This document shows positions 1-11,611 of a stretch of DNA of 64,000 bases, piece by piece. The position numbers and the translations under genes are program-made. The stretch is from Ranitomeya imitator (lineage: Eukaryota), in contig NC_091288.1 in assembly GCF_032444005.1 (NCBI RefSeq), positions 193,564,001 to 193,628,000 of the forward strand, in the 5' to 3' direction. Position 1 is the stretch's first letter. Every line of letters begins with the position of its first letter. The notes under the pieces are model-generated. The model worked only from the letters and a program-made list of their open reading frames with translations. It did no database searches and was not told where the DNA came from.

Positions 1-160
1 CACGCCGCAAACCAGCACAGATCTCCGCCTATTCCCCAGAGTGACCGCCAGGGGCGCACGGAACCAAATCTCTGGGGTGAACGTGCGCGTGCGCGGCTTT
101 GGAACGTTCGGCCGCTTGGAACGTTCGGCGGCGCTGGTTGCTAGGTTACGGCTCTGCATG
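1..160. promoter_or_regulatory. CpG-rich promoter-like segment, probably of a gene lying left of the window
   Basis: High CpG density; NRF1-like TGCGCGTGCGCG (84-95); two copies of TTGGAACGTTCGGC (99-112, 116-129); RFX X-box-like GTTGCTAGGTTAC (137-149). No associated exon identified. Confidence 0.35.
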
Positions 161-813
161 ATATAAATATTTATTGGGATTTCTTCTGATGGCTGCAGGA
201 ACAGCAGGAAGTGTTCTGGCATCTCAGTGTTGTACTGTACTGATAAATAAGGCGGATAGCTGCTATCTGTGATTCTGATGTTTTATTTTACTGTAATACT
301 AGATTGAGTAGCTTTAACCCAGGGGTACACAGGTTTTTATTTGCAGCTGGTCACCAGGTGAATTTATGACACAAAAACACCCCTATGACTGAAAGCCTGA
401 GGCTGCCAGGAGGAGTAAAGTTAATTTGCGCCACAGCAATTAATTGTCAAATTAACCCCATATTGGCTCACACTAGGCTGACCCTCGGATCAGAGTTTCG
501 TCTGTCTCATTAGCATAATCAATCCCATTATTTCGGATGAGCGAATATACCGTTGTGTGACCCTAGCCTAGAGAAAGTGACTGTTGTTAAGTGCACAGAT
601 TATCACCACATGGCCTATAATAAAATAGGGACTAGTACACACAGATTATAAATGTATGTATTTAACCCCTTAATGACCGCCAATACGCCTTTTAACTGAC
701 CTGAGATATAAGAGAATAGCCTCCCCATACAGGTGACAATCCAGCATCTGTCAGTTTTACACTATAGCTGACAACTTGCTGTACCAGCCACGATCAGTAT
801 TTGCACCATCTAA

Positions 814-1954
814 GGCCATGTTCACACAGTGCGTTTCTTACCGCGGAACCGCGGCGGTTTTGCCGCTGCGGTTCCGCAGCTGTTTTCCATGCAGGGTACA
901 GTACACTGTACCCTATGGAAAACAGGACACACTGTGCACATGGTCCGGAAATTGTTAAAAAAAAGACGCGCTGAATAGCTCCCGGAAAAAAGAAGGAGCA
1001 TGTCAATTCTTTTTCCGGAGCCGCAGCGGTTCTGCACCCATAGACCTCCATTGTGAGGTCCAAACCGCAGTAAAACCCGCAGATCAAAAATATATCTGCG
1101 GGTTTTACTGCGATTTGATGTGCAGAACCGCTGCAGCAGGAAGTGCGGGGAGCGGGCGGAAGTGCGTGGGCGGAGTGTGGCTGCCCCCCCCGTGTTCCGA
1201 TCCCGCCCCCCCGTGCTCCGATGCCCCCCCCCCAGTGCTCCGATGCCCCCCCCCAGTGCTCTGATGCCCCCCCCGTGCCCTAATCTCCCCCCCTTATACT
1301 CACCCGGCGTCCCGGTGTCCGTCCGGCCGTCTTCTCCCTGGGCGCCGCCATCTTGCAAAATGGCGGGCGCATGCGCAGTGCGCCCGCCGAATCTGCCGGA
1401 CGGCAGATTCGTTCCAAAGTGCATTTTGATCACTGAGATATAATCTATCTCAGTGATCAAAATAAAAAAATAGTAAATGACACCCCCCCCCCTTTGTCAC
1501 CCCCATAGNNNNNNNNNNNNNNNNNNNNNNNNNNNNNNNNNNNNNNNNNNNNNNNNNNNNNNNNNNNNNNNNNNNNNNNNNNNNNNNNNNNNNNNNNNNN
1601 NNNNNNNNNNNNNNNNNNNNNNNNNNNNNNNNNNNNNNNNNNNNNNNNNNNNNNNNNNNNNNNNNNNNNNNNNNNNNNNNNNNNNNNNNNNNNNNNNNNN
1701 NNNNNNNNNNNNNNNNNNNNNNNNNNNNNNNNNNNNNNNNNNNNNNNTTAACCCTAAAAAAATTCCTAGAAAACACACAGACTCTGGCTAGAAAACTGCA
1801 TCAAAAAAACGCATCAAAAAACGCATCAAAAAACGCATCAAAAACGGACCAAAAAAGGACCAAAAAAAGGACCTGCGTTTTCTGCCAAGAGCTGCAGTTT
1901 TTTAAAAAACAGGAAAAAAAAAAGGATGGAAATCCTGAACGTGTGAACATACCC
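814..1954. mobile_element. PIF/Harbinger (Tourist-like) MITE nested in the piggyBac-type element
   Basis: GGCCATGTTCACAC ... GTGTGAACATACCC termini with TAA/TAA duplication. Absent from the paralogue at ~11757; inverted sister copy at 26280-27126. Confidence 0.85.
1509..1747. other. Assembly gap (239 N)
   Basis: Run of N. The equivalent interval in the sister MITE (26445-26517) is only ~73 nt. Confidence 1.
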
Positions 1955-2785
1955 TAAATCTGTTTAACCCCTTAGATGCTGCTGTCAATAGTGACTACAT
2001 CATTCTAAATGGTTAACAGAGCGTGGGGGCTTCTTCTTTGTCCCAATTGGTACCCTCATATCATGATTTTGTTGTCCTGATGTTTGCCATGGCAATTCAT
2101 GACCAAATAGCGGCCTTAGAGTCTGATGGCTGTAGTAATCTGTTTAGAAGTTAGAGACATTTAGGTGGTAAAAATACACATTTTCATTCCTATCATACCA
2201 CTTTGTATTAATTCCTGTAACGCACCTGAAGGGTTAATAAACTACCTGACCGCAGTTTTTGATATGTCAGGGGGTGCTGTTTTTTAAAATGGTATCACGT
2301 TTGGGGGTTTCCCAATATATGGGACCCCTAAAGTCACTTCAAACATGGATAAGTCCCTAAAAAAATAAATTTTGTAAATTTCTTTGAAAAAATGAAAAAT
2401 TGCTGCTACATTTTTAAACCTCCTAAACTGCTAACAAAATAAAATAATATTTTACAAATGGTCCTGATGTAAAGCAGACATGTGGGAAATGTTATTTATT
2501 AATGGTTTGCTGTTGTATGACTATCTGGATTAAAGGGATAATCATTCAAATTTAGAAAATTGCTAATTTTTTAACATTTTTCTCAAATTTTTGATATTTT
2601 TTATAAATAAACACAAAAAATGTTGAACAAAATTTACCATTATCATAAAGTATAATGTGTCACGAAAAAACAATCTCAAAATCACTGGGATTTGTTGAAG
2701 CGTTGCAGAGTTATTACCACATAAAGTGACACTGGTCAGATTTCAAAAATTTGGCTCGGTCACTAAGGGGTTAAATGTGGAACGT

Positions 2786-3110
2786 CTCCCTCTAGTGGAC
2801 AATGCAGATTCTGCAGGTAATGAAATAACACGTTATTAACTGTCTTTCACGTTATCACCGCCAGAGGGCGACTTACAACGCTCACACCCACAGAGCTGCC
2901 GGTAACGTAACGTGAGCGCCCGCGGCTGCAGCAGCGCCAGTCACGTGATGTTCACAACGGACAGAATTCAATGTAAATTTCTATCAGACGAGTACGCGGC
3001 TTTCTGGGGACGTGTTCTCCCTTTTCCCTCGCGCCAATCACTGTGCCCAAAGGTAAAATGGCGCCTCGATGCTGAGGTGGACGTTTCCTGTCACTTCCGC
3101 TTCCGGCGAC
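2786..3110 (+). promoter_or_regulatory. UQCC4: UQCC4 promoter region
   Basis: Divergent CTCF-like motifs (2786-2798 on -, 2858-2871 on +), E-box GTCACGTGA (2940-2948), CCAAT (3034-3038), YY1-like AAAATGGCG (3055-3063) and tandem ETS/GABP CACTTCCGCTTCCGG (3092-3106), just upstream of ATG 3182. Confidence 0.65.
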
Positions 3111-3181
3111 CTTCAGAGCATGTGTTTTGTGTAGCGCGGCTGCCGGTGTGCGCCCTCTGTCCATCAGGGAGGAGCAGCACC

Positions 3182-3216
3182 ATGTACCGGAGCGTGTGCA
3201 CTAGGACTGTGCGCAG
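3182..3216 (+). CDS. UQCC4: UQCC4 coding exon 1 (MYRSVCTRTVR+, start of a mitochondrial-presequence-like N-terminus)
   Basis: ATG 3182; donor AG|GTAACT at 3217. The 35-nt phase-2 exon joins in frame with the exon starting at 6157 (AG+A = Arg). Confidence 0.85.
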
Positions 3217-3269
3217 GTAACTGAGGGGGGGCAGGGCTGCAGCCCCAGGAGTCATTGCGCCATCCTTGT

Positions 3270-5705
3270 GGGGGCACTGGGTCCACGCTCCAGGCCCTCT
3301 TTCCGGGGGAGGGGGCACCGGGCCCACGCTCCTGGCCCTCTTTCCGGGGGAGGGGGCACTGGGCCCACGCTCCTGGCCCTCTTTCCGGGGGGGGGGGGCA
3401 CCGGGCCCACGCTCCTGGCCCTCTTTCCGGGGGGGGGGCACCGGGCCCACGCTCCTGGCCCTCTTTCCGGGGGAGGGGGCACTGGGCCCACGCTCCTGGC
3501 CCTCTTTCCGGGGGGGAGGGGGCACTGGGCCCACGCTCCAGGCCCTCTTTCCGGGGGGGGGGGGCACCGGGCCCACGCTCCTGGCCCTCTTTCCGGGGGG
3601 GGGGGCACCGGGCCCACGCTCCTGGCCCTCTTTCCGGGGGAGGGGGCACTGGGCCCACGCTCCTGGCCCTCTTTCCGGGGGGGAGGGGGCACTGGGCCCA
3701 CGCTCCAGGCCCTCTTTCCGGGGGGGGGGGGCACCGGGCCCACGCTCCTGGCCCTCTTTCCGGGGGAGGGGGCACTGGGCCCACGCTCCTGGCCCTCTTT
3801 CCGGGGGGGAGGGGGCACTGGGTCCACGCTCCTGGCCCTCTTTCCGGGGGGGGGAGGGGGGCACTGGGCCCACGCTCCTGGCCCTCTTTCCGGGGGGGGG
3901 GGGGGCACTGGGCCCACGCTCCTGGCCCTCTTTCCAGGGGAGGGGGCACTGGGCCCACGCTCCTGGCCCTCTTTCCGGGGGGGAGGGGGCACTGGGTCCA
4001 CGCTCCTGGCCCTCTTTCCGGGGGGGGGAGGGGGCACTGGGCCCACGCTCCTGGCCCTCTTTCCGGGGGGGGGTCTGGGGGTGGCACTGGGTCCACGCTC
4101 CTGGCCCTCTTTCCGGGGGGGGGGGGGGCACTGGGTCCACGCTCCTGGCCCTCTTTCCGGGGGGGGGAGGGGGCACTGGGCCCACGCTCCTGGCCCTCTT
4201 TCCGGGGGAGGGGGCACTGGGTCCACGCTCCTGGCCCTCTTTCCGGGGGGGGGGAGGGGGCACTGGGTCCACGCTCCTGGCCCTCTTTCCGGGGGGGGGG
4301 GGGGGCACTGGGTCCACGCTCCTGGCCCTCTTTCCGGGGGGGGGAGGGGGCACTGGGCCCACGCTCCTGGCCCTCTTTCCGGGGGAGGGGGCACTGGGTC
4401 CACGCTCCTGGCCCTCTTTCCGGGGGGGGGGGAGGGGGCACTGGGTCCACGCTCCTGGCCCTCTTTCCGGGGGGGGGGGGAGGGGGCACTGGGCCCACGC
4501 TCCTGGCCCTCTTTCCGGGGGGGGGGGGGAGGGGGCACTGGGCCCACGCTCCTGGCCCTCTTTCCGGGGGGGGGGGGGGGGGGGGGCACTGGGCCCACGC
4601 TCCTGGCCCTCTTTCCGGGGGAGGGGGCACTGGGCCCACGCTCCTGGCCCTCTTTCCGGGGGGGGGGGGTCTGGGGGTGGCACTGGGTCCACGCTCCTGG
4701 CCCTCTTTCCGGGGGGGGGGGGGGGGGGTGGCACTGAGTCCACGCTCCTGGCCCTCTTTCCGGGGGGAGGGGGCACTGGGCCCACGCTCCTGGCCCTCTT
4801 TCCGGGGGGAGGGGGCACTGGGTCCACGCTCCTGGCCCTCTTTCCGGGGGGGGGAGGGGGCACTGGGTCCACGCTCCTGGCCCTCTTTCCGGGGGGGGGG
4901 TGGCACTGGGTCCACGCTCCTGGCCCACTTTCCGGGGGGGGGGGGGGGGGGGGTGGCACTGGGTCCACGCTCCTGGCCCACCTTCCGGGGGGGGGGGGTG
5001 AGACTGGGTCCACGCTCCTGGCCCTCTTTCCGGGGGGGGCACTGGGTTCACGCTCCTGGCCCTCTTTCCGGGGGGGGGGGAGGAGGCACTGGGTCCACGC
5101 TCCTGGCCCTCTTTCCGGGGGGGGGGTGAGACTGGGTCCACGCTCCTGGCCCTCTTTCCGGGGGGGGGGGAGGAGACTGGGTCCACGCTCCTGGCCCTCT
5201 TTCCGGGGGGGGGGGGGGGGGTGGCACTGGGTCCACGCTCCTGGCCCACTTTCCGGGGGGGGGGTGAGACTGGGTCCACGCTCCTGGCCCTCTTTCCGGG
5301 GGGGGGGAGGAGGCACTGGGTCCACGCTCCTGGCCCTCTTTCCGGGGGGGGTGAGACTGGGTCCACGCTCCTGGCCCTCTTTCCGGGGGGGGGAGACTGG
5401 GTCCACGCTCCTGGCCCTCTTTCCGGGGGGGGGGGGGGGGGTGGCACTGGGTCCACGCTCCTGGCCCTCTTTCCGGGGGGAGGGGGCACTGGGCCCACGC
5501 TCCTGGCCCTCTTTCCGGGGGGGGGGAGGGGGCACTGGGTCCACGCTCCTGGCCCTCTTTCCGGGGGGGGGGGGGGGGGGGTGGCACTGGGTCCACGCTC
5601 CTGGCCCTCTTTCCGGGGGGGGGGGGAGACTGGGTCCACGCTCCTGGCCCTCTTTCCGGGGGGGAGGCACTGGGTTTCACACTCCTGGCCCTCTTTCCGG
5701 GGGGG
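3270..5705 (+). repeat. G-rich minisatellite in UQCC4 intron 1; unit GCACTGGG(C/T)CCACGCTCCTGGCCCTCTTTCC + variable G-run
   Basis: Roughly 55-60 tandem units of ~38-50 nt, directly visible. Confidence 0.97.
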
Positions 5706-6156
5706 TTACTGAGGTGCAAGACTGGTAACTGTAGAAGGGATATTAGACCTTGTTCGCTGTGTACTACATTGGTTTCCCCCAATACTTTTGTTCCACTACC
5801 ATTATATATTTTACCACTTGGGCTTCTCCACCTGATGAGGGACTACACCTCCCAGCAGGGTAACACTACTTTTTGGGGGATGAACGAGGCCTCTTCTGGT
5901 TTTATTGAAAGCTCTCCATGTGCCTGTATGATTCCAATGCTCTGTAGATTTCTGATCCAGACCTTCATAGCTCTGCTTGCTGCCAGTGAGCGGTAATGTT
6001 CTCTATTACATCCGTCCATGTTCTGCAGGCGGTTTGTTACAGTGTATCAGCGCGTTCGTGGTGTGATTTGTGCAGACTTCCTGAGTGTAAATCGTCATGT
6101 CACCGATATCTCCTGGCAGGACGCCCCCGGATGACGCTGCTTCTTCTATATTTCAG

Positions 6157-6484
6157 AGTTTTGCAGCCGTCGCTTGTTACTTACAGAACTCGAGAGCTTC
6201 ATCTACAAAACCGTCCGGACTGCACAGAGGAGAAAGAAGACGACCGGCCCATAAAGTTCTCTACAAGTAAAGGCAGCCACCGGCGATGGACTGTGGCCCA
6301 GTCGTTTGGCAGTGACCACCAGCGGCCGTGGTGGAAGGTGCTGCCGCTGAGCCTCTTCCTCACCGCCGTGCTGGTGTGGGCGTACTTTAGGGAAGAAACG
6401 GAGATCGATGAAATCATCTATAGACCCATATCTGAACTGCTGGGAGAGATTGACAGAAACGAAAAAAAGGATAAAAATGAGTAA
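6157..6484 (+). CDS. UQCC4: UQCC4 (C16orf91/CCSMST1) coding exon 2; complex III assembly factor, 120 aa spliced product
   Basis: Acceptor TTTCAG|A at 6156/6157. Translation DDRPIKFSTSK...WTV...HQRPWWKVLPLS.FL...W.Y.REE matches the recalled human C16orf91 core with a single TM helix. Stop 6482-6484. Confidence 0.92.
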
Positions 6485-6603
6485 ACGTTGCTAAAACTTG
6501 AGACATGGCGATGTTATAATGTCCGGCTGACCATGGATATTAATGGCTGCCCTCAGACTGGTCTACAAGGATTATTCCAGTATGAATGCCTCAAAATGAT
6601 CTG

Positions 6604-7460
6604 CTGGCCCTCTTATGGGGGGGGCGGTGGGCCCTGTGGCTGGCCCTCTTATGTGGGGGTTCGGTGGGCCCTGTGGCTGGCCCTCTTATGGGGGGGGGCG
6701 GTGGGCCCTGTGGCTGGCCCTCTTATGGGGGGGGGGCGGTGGGCCCTGTGGCTGGCCCTCTTATGGGGGGGTTTGGTGGGCCCTGTGGCTGGCCCTCTTA
6801 TGGAAGGGGGGGTTCGGTGGGCCCTGTGGCTGGCCCTCTTATGGAAGGGGGGGTTCGGTGGGCCCTGTGGCTGGCCCTCTTATGGGGGGGGGGGGGGTTC
6901 GGTGGGCCCTGTGGCTGGCCCTCTTATGGGGGGGGGTTGGTGGGCCCTGTGGCTGGCCCTCTTATGGGGGGGGGGGTTTGGTGGGCCCTGTGGCTGGCCC
7001 TCTTATGGGGGGGGGGTTTGGTGGGCCCTGTGGCTGGCCCTCTTATGGGGGGGGGGGTTTGGTGGGCCCTGTGGCTGGCCCTTATGGGGGGGGGGGTTTG
7101 GTGGGCCCTGTGGCTGGCCCTCTTATGGGGGGGGGGGTTCGGTGGGCCCTGTGGCTGGCCCTCTTATGGGGGGGGGGGGGGGTCGGTGGGCCCTGTGGCT
7201 GGCCCTCTTATGGGGGGGGGGTTTGGTGGGCCCTGTGGCTGGCCCTCTTATGGGGGGGGGGGGTTTGGTGGGCCCTGTGGCTGGCCCTTATGGGGGGGGG
7301 GTTTGGTGGGCCCTGTGGCTGGCCCTCTTATGGGGGGGGGGGGTTCGGTGGGCCCTGTGGCTGGCCCTCTTATGGGGGGGGGGGTCGGTGGGCCCTGTGG
7401 CTGGCCCTCTTATGGGGGGGGGGGGGTCGGTGGGCCCTGTGGCTGGCCCTCTTATGGGGG
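6604..7460 (+). repeat. G-rich minisatellite just 3' of the UQCC4 stop; unit GGTGGGCCCTGTGGCTGGCCCTCTTAT + G-run
   Basis: About 23 tandem units of ~35-42 nt. Confidence 0.97.
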
Positions 7461-7614
7461 CATGGGAATGCATCACCACCGTGGGCAGGAGCGCTCTGTA
7501 TACCGGAGGAACTTGCTTCCTGTGGATCTTCTGTATTCTCCGTCCTATTTTTTAATAGGAGGAAATTAACTTTTTTACAGCACAAACTTGTTGGCGACAA
7601 TTGGTTCTGACCAA

Positions 7615-7833
7615 TAATGAGTGAACGTGCTGGGATGAGGTGTTATCTGAGCATGCTCAGGGGCTAACCGTGTGTCTTCAGCGTTCTTGAAAAATATGAG
7701 TCCTCGCGGCCATTCAACACCTGCGACACATACAAGGATTGCCTCGAACATCTTTTTATAGCACTCCAAAGACACTGTTAGCACCTGAGCATGCTCAGAT
7801 AACACCTTATCCCAGCACGTTCATTCATCACTA
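7615..7833. mobile_element. Small palindromic MITE
   Basis: ~45-nt inverted arms TGAGTGAACGTGCTGGGATGAGGTGTTATCTGAGCATGCTCAGG / CCTGAGCATGCTCAGATAACACCTTATCCCAGCACGTTCATTCA. Confidence 0.65.
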
Positions 7834-8089
7834 GCTGTGACCGCAGAGAACACAAGCAGTGATCAACTATGTCATGTATTAACTATATACAAGTTCTCAG
7901 ATGTTTGTAAGGGAATGATTGCATTATTTGTATACCCAAAGCTTGTGGATAAAGAGCCAGGAGGTGTCGATCAGTGATGGGGGGGGGGGGGGGTCTCCAT
8001 ATTTAGACACCAGTTTATGACCACGTTCAGTGTTTGTAAGCCAAAATCAAGTGGATGACTACTGCAGAAGTGGTGACGTGTTTCTATTA

Positions 8090-8308
8090 GGGCGAGTTCA
8101 CACTTGGCGGTATTGGTGCGTTTTTGTTTTCCATTCAATTTAGTGGGTGATAATTGGTGAAAAAAACGCTGAAAGTGACATGCTCCATTCTGCAAAAACG
8201 CACAACTAAGGTGTGCGTCTGAGACTTCTGACATCTCATAGACTTCGCTTGTACTGTGAAACGCAGCTGAAATTTGCATTAAAATAAACGCAACGTGTGA
8301 ACATATCC
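8090..8308. mobile_element. Degenerate Harbinger-type MITE
   Basis: GGGCGAGTTCACAC ... GTGTGAACATATCC, TTA/TTA flanks. Confidence 0.55.
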
Positions 8309-10779
8309 TTAAAGATACCAAATTCATTGAGGGGCGCACGCCTGCTAGTCCTGCACTCTGTTCATCACGTGGCTCGTGTGCAAGGTTTGTGACTGAAACC
8401 TTTGTGGACTGCGTCGGCACCTTTGAAACTGTTCAAGAAAATGAACTATTTCTCCCAGAAAATTATTGCAAATGTGCGTTTTGTTATATGCAAATTGGAC
8501 ATAATTTCACAAAAAAAAATGAAAACGCCAGGGGGTGAGTATAAGTAGGGTAGGGTCAGAGACTTTAATGTTTAAAGCAGCACTCCAGTGCTGTAAAATT
8601 AATAAAGCTTCAATTTTATTTATTTTTTTTAAGCAAATGATGGTTTCCACAGGACCAGGTTCTGCAGTCCCCTCTCCTTTGTGGTGTCCCCAACAGTGCA
8701 TTTTTTCCCCTCATATTTCCCCATTTCTAGCAAACCCTGGAATAAAAGTAGATGCCACCAATTTTACCCCCCTTTGAATTTTTCTAAATCTTTGTTGCCC
8801 CCAGAAGTCCCACAATTGATTTCCCAGCACACACATTTATATGCCCGACAATATATTTCCCAGAAACCCATCCCTGCTGATATACTCACAAATGTCCCTG
8901 AAATATATATATATTTTTTTTAAAGTTTGACCCTTACCCTAAAAAAAACCCTCCATACTGCAAATACAGGGGCCTGTGAGACAGAAATAACAGAGTGGGT
9001 TTTCCATATCTATCACAGGTGGTGTCCAGGCATTTGGAGAAGGGGGCGTCATTCTTAAATGCAAGTGACCGACTTCTAACAGTGTAAGATGTCTGTATGC
9101 GGACCACGCTGCACGCGGACCCCACTGTGACAGACGGGCATCACCAGCGACAGGCAAAAACCGGTCTGCGTCCTGGGTTATAATTTATGGAGGGGGTTGT
9201 CCGGGTGCTTCAGCCGTACCTGGTGAAGCGGAAGGCCATGAGCCTGGTATAAAAAGGTAGCGCAGTCTCCTTCATCCACAGCTTTGTCCTCTACAAGGAG
9301 GCCTCGCGTTCCTCCAGTTCCAAAAGAAAATTGTCGAGTGTTTTCTATGCGATTCTTTGGCTCAGAATCTAAACATTTGGCGCTCCAGAGACATGCAGAG
9401 CGCCATTTTACTTGACACTTTCACCTAAAAGTATCCCTGAAAAAGATGCCAGGTTTGGAGTGATTCCTGGTATTATCGTCGCGTGTGCCCATCATCATCA
9501 GGCCTTCGTTTTGAGACCACATCCTACAATTACTAAATTGCCATGAATTACACCAAATCCTGACGGGGTCTTTTTTTTTTTTTTCAAATACGTTTTTTTG
9601 TTTAGTGGGCCTCAATAGAGTAATTTTTATGGAACAAGTAATGAAAAGAATATTTTCATCAGTAAGACACGTAACCCCAATTTCACAATTAATTCTTGAA
9701 GTCAGGTCATCTGACAATTTCCAGGACTTGATCACTCGCAAACATTTTTGACCCTTCATCTTAGTGCGACTGTTTTTACGATTATGTCTTGGTTCTCATC
9801 TTGTTTTGATTTATATCACTCATATATTATTTATACTGGCATCATCACTTTATTGGAGAATCTACTAACGAGGCTGCTCCTTATACAGTATAGTGCCGAT
9901 CCTCCTGTACCAGACGATACTTTTAGAATTCTGTAATTGTTTTGCGCACATAGCGGTTCCCACCTTGGCGGGCAGGAGCCTGTTATGGGGTACCAAGTCT
10001 CTTAAATAGGGATTGATGGAGCTAAATGGATGTTGTAGAACTAGTCTCTTTGAAAAATAAACCTGTCGTTCCAGCCTTGCTGATGATCTTTCATCTTTGG
10101 AACAAACTCCATGTTGCCACATAGTTGGCTGCATTTTCCTCCTTATTTTGAACATTTTACCTTTCACGCTTTTTTTTTTTTTCTTGCTACAATATTTGCA
10201 AGTGTTTTATTAGCATGACCAAGTTTTATATTCCGCAAATGTGTTTTTAGGAGCATGCGAGTAATGATTCTTTCATTGAAGCTTTCAATGGTTCCTGGAA
10301 ATCCATCAACTTTACCCTGAAGACCAGAATTGTGCACCATCTGTGTGGCCAGTACTCACATAGGTGAGATATTGGATGTATAGATATCTGAACACTGGAA
10401 AAACTTCAGGAATAAGATTTTTTTTTTTTCTCTCAGAACATACAAAAAAAATAAAAGGTGAAAAAAATGTCAATTGTAATTTTTCAAACTAATTTTTCAA
10501 ACTTGTAATGCATCACAAAGGTGATATCAAACTACTCCCTACCTCCCTAGGTAAATACATTAGAGGGTAGAATTCAACAAAAAAAAAATACACTTATAGG
10601 GGTTTTCTGTTCTTGAACCCCAAGAGCTCTGCAAATATGATGATCTATTTCAAATAGTCAAATTTCTTTCCTTCCGGTCCTGGCTCCGACGCAAAGGCGT
10701 ATCTAGGGTTTCTGGCACCCGGGGCAAGAATTCATTTTGGCGCCCCCCTTCCCAAGGACATATGCAATTTGCACACTTA

Positions 10780-11145
10780 GGCTACTTTCACACTAGCGTT
10801 GTTTTCAATACGTCGTTTAGGGGGAAAAAACGCATCCTGCAAAGTTGTTTGCAGGATGCGTTTTTGCCCCATAGCTTAACATTAGCAACTCATTGACACA
10901 CGTCGCAAGCGTTGTGCGACGGTTGCGCTGTTGTGGCGGTCCGCCGGGAGCAAGAAAACGTTACATGTAACGTTTTTTGCTGCCGACGGACCGCTTTTTC
11001 CGACCGCGCATGCGCAGCCGGAACTCCGCCCGCACCTCACAATGGGGCAGCGGATGCGTAGAAAATCTGCATCTGCTGCACCCGTTGTGCAGCGCGAACA
11101 ACGCTAGCGTCGTTGCGTCTGCACGACGCTAGTGTGAAAGTAGCC
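10780..11145. mobile_element. Harbinger-type MITE (GGCTACTTTCACAC family)
   Basis: TIRs GGCTACTTTCACACTAGCGT / ACGCTAGTGTGAAAGTAGCC; flanks TTA/TAA; relatives at 43780, 53727 and 59305. Confidence 0.8.
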
Positions 11146-11611
11146 TAAGTCATGTACCGACGAGCTCCTCTCCCTAATGCTCTCAATGTTCAGTGAAAAA
11201 CTGAGAGAAGCAGAAGGAAAGCTCGTTGTCACAGGACCATAAGTATGAAAGTCACATATGAGTGACGTGTCCATGTGACGACTACTGGAACCTGCAGAGC
11301 TGAATCCTGACATCACAGCTACTGAAATCTCACAATGAATGCACTGCACACTTTTAGGATTCTGCCTGGCTGGTGGACGGTCATGTCAGCACAAGCATGT
11401 GATTTGTATACTTCTGACCACATTCAGACTAGATGTGCCCGGCCTCGCTCAGTTCGTTTCCATTGAGGCCACACGTCTAATCAGCACATGACCGCATGTA
11501 TGTAAATCGCCAGCACGAGAGAATCCTGACAGCGTGCAGTGCGCACTGTGAGAAGGCTGTAGTCACAAAGAATGACTGCAGCCTCATCACAAACCTGGAC
11601 ATCCCCTTTAA

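Larger units (their letters stand above)
666..2770. mobile_element. Non-autonomous piggyBac-type element (TTAA-flanked), copy 1, carrying a nested MITE
   Basis: TTAA|CCCCTTAATGAC ... GTCACTAAGGGG|TTAA termini. About 961 bp after removing the nested insertion; near-identical uninterrupted copy at 11612-12569. Confidence 0.85.

Noticed and set aside
99-129. Heat-shock element (two nGAAnnTTCn dimers)
   Set aside because: The 17-nt spacing puts the dimers out of 5-nt phase, so there are not three contiguous pentamers.
776-1460. ORFs of 60-212 aa
   Set aside because: They lie within a GC-rich MITE; the same sequence recurs inverted at 26280-27126 with different frames.
3091-5782. Many long Pro/Gly-rich ORFs (up to 859 aa) on both strands
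   Set aside because: Artefacts of the stop-free G-rich minisatellite in UQCC4 intron 1; open in multiple frames with no protein-like structure.
5996-6156. ORF start at 5996 (162-aa version)
   Set aside because: The N-terminal part is intronic; the real start is ATG 3182, spliced in phase to 6157.
3270-7460. CRISPR-like appearance (constant repeat plus variable spacer)
   Set aside because: The spacers are just G-runs, not unique sequences; eukaryotic context and no cas genes.
6488-7610. Three overlapping 327-355 aa Gly/Trp-rich ORFs
   Set aside because: Translations of the tandem array in all three frames.
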